A stretch of 63,964 bases of DNA, counting the filler, from Choristocarpus tenellus KU-1152 (taxonomy: Eukaryota > Protista > Phaeophyceae), in NCBI GenBank assembly GCA_964200185.2. It is 12 parts of 12 records of this genome, joined end to end, with 100 filler letters (N's around TTAATTAATTAA, not from the genome) between each part and the next. Parts side by side here need not be neighbours in the genome. Positions count along the whole stretch, not along the records: positions 58,473 to 61,342 come from CAXNAD020024055.1; positions 61,443 to 63,964 come from CAXNAD020027096.1; 10 more parts are not named here. One strand, given 5' to 3'. A model generated the notes under the pieces. That model saw only the letters and a program-made list of their open reading frames with translations, made no database searches and had not been told where the DNA came from. Below are positions 59,461-63,964 of the stretch, piece after piece. Position 1 is the first letter of the stretch; the number at the start of each line of letters is the position of its first letter. A program made the translations under genes and the position numbers.

Positions 59461-61288
59461 CATTGAACCTCGCGGCATGTCTTTTCATATACAGGGGATC
59501 GCTCAGTCGTGCTGCGCGACCACATCCTCACCCTCCAAACCACGGAATTTTTCCCTTCAATGCGGGGAGAAAAGTCTCCATGTATCACTCCTGGTACCAC
59601 TCAGCATCAGTGATCACATCAAAGTTGAACTGCTGCCCCCTCTCACGGCGGCCGAATTTCTTTGCGCCTCCTTGACGGCGCAAACACCCCAGATTCCGAT
59701 CTTGTTATTGAAACCACGGGAAGGATCTGGGCGCGAAACAGCAAAGATTATTATCACCTTAGGAATGTGACTCTTGTACTATACCTTGGTGGAGACGTCC
59801 TTTCCTGCCCGGGGAACATGCAGACGAGCTCCCATCGCGGATTAGGTAGAGCGATGCTTCGTCGATATGAATCGTGTTGGAGGCTGCTTCAGTAATTGAT
59901 GCAGTTCCTTGCTGCTTGGCCAAGGGACTTGTGTCACAGATGGTCCGGAGGCTAAGTGAGAGTCGCATGGCTCTTGGCGAGGTGCTGAGATGTTGTGTGA
60001 AGATGGGGGGGCGTTGTACCTGCTGCCGTGTGTCGCACAACTACTGAAGATGGCGCTGAAAAAGGCTGTTTTTCGGTTCCACTTCTCGGAGCAGATTCAG
60101 AAATATTTCGGAAGAAAGTGCAAAAACATTGTAACCCCCTCCCAACAATGATATCCAGCCCTTCGATTTCAGTCACATATCACTATGAAAGTATTTGTAT
60201 TTCATAAGGTCGCAGACTTATGGGGCAGAGGGATTAAAAAAGTTTTGTACCCTATATTCTGATCTTTTCCCGCCCATTGACATATCTGTAAAATACAAAA
60301 ATCAGTGGGCATAACGATAAACACTCTAGTATCTATAATACCTTGCCTCTTGCCCATTGCCCACTCCAAAATAACCGCTCTGGAGTGCAACAAAGTATGG
60401 ATGTACAGTAGTACGTTGCAGTATAATAAATAGTATTTTACATAGGACGGGTTTACGAAATATCTTCCCGTATATATACTACTCTCAGTCTTAATTATTT
60501 CTGAAGACAGGTTGCATCAGTTACTGCTCAACTGGCAATCTCAAGAAGATTCTTGACTTCAAATACGAGACTCGAAGGTCAATGGGCTTGGAGAGGCTTG
60601 GCGGATTTGTGGGACTCTTTCCTTTATTCTCACCCCCGCCTTAATAGGGACCCCACTTTAGGGTCAATTATTTTACATACAAGTTGAGTGTTTCCGATAT
60701 AATAGTAGTGTTATTGTGATTGTCGTGTTCTATAAATGGTACCTCCTCTTCTCCAGTCTCTATTATGCTAATATGCCTTGCTATCTTCTCCCCCTTGTAC
60801 ATATTTTTCCTTCATGACAACCCCTGCAACATGTGAGGGGGCACGATAATATAATATACTTTGAAGTATATGTTAGTTAGGTGAGAGTCATACCAATTGA
60901 GAAGTAGGAAGGTTAGGATCCTTTTGCATTCTAAGTCATCGTTATTACTCCGTGCAATACACTCTATTCTACCCCTTTATGTGTACAATAATGCAGGCAA
61001 AATTTATGTTCTCCCGTCGTTCCACACACAAACAAGGTGACACCACAATTCAGCAAAGACTACAATTTACAAAATCGCATATTTTTGCCCTTTTGTTGGG
61101 ATCCTTAAAATGCAACCCTGCCTACCTCTCAGTTGATTCGTCTCTGAACTATTAGTGCCAATACCACTAATTAAGATTGGGATCAGCTGGAGTTTTCAGA
61201 AAGCTTTGAGTTGCTTTTACAATTGCAGTGAAGGGCCTCATGAAAGGAGGACCTTAGGTGTGTCTCACCTGAGTTTAAGATTCGAAAG

Positions 61289-61342
61289 TGCTCAAAGTAT
61301 CTGGGAGAGTAGCGGCTGTCCATTTGGGATCAATTTTTTCAT
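61289..61342. mobile_element. MITE terminus at contig end
   Basis: TGCTCAAAGTATCTGGGAGAGTAGCGGCTGTCCATTTGGG matches the left end of 2843-3022. Confidence 0.8.
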
Positions 61343-61502
61343 NNNNNNNNNNNNNNNNNNNNNNNNNNNNNNNNNNNNNNNNNNNNTTAATTAATTAANN
61401 NNNNNNNNNNNNNNNNNNNNNNNNNNNNNNNNNNNNNNNNNNTGTGTGGGTTATGTTATACCACCCTTCCCTCTTCCCCCCCCTCCCAATAAACACCACC
61501 AT

Positions 61503-61538
<36 letters not shown>

Positions 61539-63883
61539 TTCAAGCTTCCCTTGCAATTCCCTTTCCCCAACTTCGGTTTTAATGTAAACGTCTCCTATGC
61601 CCCCCCACCATGTCTTTAAACTCATCAATTGAAGAACACTATTCCCCTTGCTGCTCTCACAAAAAAAGACCAATACTGGCATTTCAGTTCCCTAAGGTGG
61701 GCTATGTGTTTGAAACTTAACACTGCAGTTGACGGACAGCTCAGTGGGTTAGCCTGAGGTGCAGTCTTGTGCAAGGGGGAATTGATTGGAGGGGGCAGGG
61801 GGGAGGAGGGCAATGAAAATCACATTCTGCCACATTTCCTTCCCCCAACACGCATCCCTTCCCTGCAAATACGAAACCTATCCTTTAGTTCACTATCTGT
61901 AACCAAGCAACCACCCAATCACATCTCCCTCTCACCCTCCCTAAACCTACCCCAACAGCGTACCTTCACCAACAGAAACCCTCCCAACAAAACATATATT
62001 TAAAAAAACTTCTCAATATCAATCAAGTTTTTATCAACTTCCAAACACACACACACACACATGGACACATAGATAATCACAACCACACACCCATAAGCAG
62101 GCTACCCAATCTTCATCCACACCCAAACAGTACAAAAGGGGTCATAAGTAGGAAGAGGAAGTAGTGAGACACACCATATGCATTTGCATGTGCACAATCG
62201 TGTGTTGTTGTGTGTGTGTGTTCCCCATGGATACAACAGCTTGTAGAGTGGGCAGTAATAGGAACCAGAAGACAAAACACACGGGACTAGATGTGTGTGG
62301 TTGCATCTGTGTTTGTGTGTGAAATTAATCACATGTTCCAATGCACACACTGAAACAACCTGCCACAATCATCATTGACAACTGTCACGTCAACGCCTCC
62401 CATGGGATACAGTGCTTCCACCACCCCCGGTCTGCTTATTCCACTCTCCCCCCAAGCTCTCCATCTCATCGAAGAAATCATTGTTCTGGACAGAGGGGGG
62501 GTGGTAGGGCAAACGCATCTTATTGGCTCAGGGTGATAAATGGGGCTTATCCTAGCAATGCAAGTATAGCTTTCTTATACAATGCAACCTAATTGATTGA
62601 CACACAGGCTTACCAGAGTGGTGCAATTGCTGCATAACATCTGATGCATGTCAAGAGTAGGGGTAACATGGCGAATGCATTTTACTGGCTTATGGTGACA
62701 CACAGGCAATATCCTATTTGTGCGCATGTAGCTTTCCATTCAAGCATGTGCAGGGGGGGGGCAACTATCTTCAAGTCTGCACTCAACCATGGAATGATGA
62801 AGACAGGGAGGGGGTATTGCAGGACATACATATATTTGAGGTACTGTGTTCGGTTTGTGGGCATACTGTGAAACATTGTTAGAAACCTTTTCCCAATTTG
62901 ATTTGAGTTGCTGGCGTCTGGAGACAGACACACAACCATTTTTTTTTTTTGTAACATCTGCTTATTTTTGAAAAATACACATAGCACTATTAAATAGTAC
63001 TTAAAATAACACAGTAATCAAATTTAAAACTTGACTAATTGTTACTCTAGTTATATCTTACCATGAGTATTTTAGAAAAGAAAAAAAAAGTAAAAAGGGC
63101 TGTGTCCAAGATAAAAATAGAAATCTTTTGGTAAAACTAGTTAGCATGTCAGGCTCTAGTTACTACCTAGTCAAAAAACCTAACCCATAAACTTTAACGA
63201 AGAAACGATCTCTTAGAAAGTATGATATAACCAAACCATCAACATCTCAACATCGATGCCCACCTCTAAACTCTAAACTTATCTACATTTCATACAACTC
63301 TACACATGATAAACACCCAACACACACCCAAGCTCATACTGTCCTTTTCCATCATGAAAAACGCTCATCTACATGTGCAACACTCTTCAACACAATACAG
63401 TAAAGCACAATACAAGACAACACACGCCTCAAGCCACACAACCCAATGTAACACACCTCCTCCTTTTCCTCCATATCCCTTCGATGCCTCTCCTCCTCCT
63501 CCATGGACTCAGTCTTGAGGACAACCCCAGAACCATCATCCCAGACCCAAGTTGTTCCCGCTGGGTGATCCGCAGGAGCAACCTTTTTGTATGTTTTTGA
63601 AGGTAAATCAAGACACTCAAGTGCTTCAAAGTATGACTAGTTTGAGTTAATTTCACCCTTCATGACTATTCCTATAATTCTAAAAATACTCTAGCAAAAT
63701 GAGGTTTCCCTTTGTAAAAAAGTGATCACATTTTATGGAGTGCATTGCCATGCGTGTATGATTATAACATAGTTATAATTATGGTTAGGTTCCTTTGGAA
63801 CTTTGGTGGTTGTGACAATACAATTGAAAACTCATCGGATCTCCTTACACAGAAGAAAGTTACTACAAGATTATATTTTTCTT

Positions 63884-63914
<31 letters not shown>

Positions 63915-63964
63915 CTGATACCCCTACAATCTATAAACAACAAAAAACAATAAAATTAAAAAAA

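Noticed and set aside
4939-61442. Recurrent TTAATTAATTAA motif and ORFs ending in X..LIN
   Set aside because: Always centred in 44+44 N; an artificial six-frame-stop linker, not biological
61443-63964. Short ORFs, poly-C tracts and CA repeats in the last contig
   Set aside because: Low-complexity sequence with no recognisable domain or consistent exon chain

Overview
Eukaryotic nuclear DNA, not prokaryotic. It is a pseudo-scaffold of 12 short contigs joined by 11 artificial 100-nt linkers (44 N + TTAATTAATTAA + 44 N), so adjacency across linkers is not evidence of linkage. Spliceosomal introns, TTAGGG repeats and Ectocarpus-style RTE LINE remnants suggest a stramenopile, probably a brown alga (inference). 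Spliced host genes I could reconstruct with consistent intron phases: a WRN-like DEDDy 3'-5' exonuclease with a 3x44-aa repeat N-terminus and an HTH_40-type C-terminus (10963-15948, +); a partial CS/p23-NudC-domain gene (17154-20297, +); an INPP5E-like inositol polyphosphate 5-phosphatase with a GC-AG intron and CaaX box (23492-28810, -), head-to-head (86 bp) with an unknown gene (28897-30814, +, partial); and the 5' part of a peptidase C69 gene (51456-52744, +). There is also an intact tRNA-Asp(GUC). The rest is mostly decayed transposable elements: hAT, RTE and CRE-like LINEs, a DIRS-type tyrosine-recombinase retrotransposon, Copia nests, and an abundant MITE group with CAAAGTATC-core termini that breaks many contigs. 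The most striking structure is a 7.1-kb quasi-palindromic contig made of two inverted, rearranged Copia copies. I found no CRISPR array and no convincing wholly new biological system; the best leads are TE-related or gene-architecture oddities.
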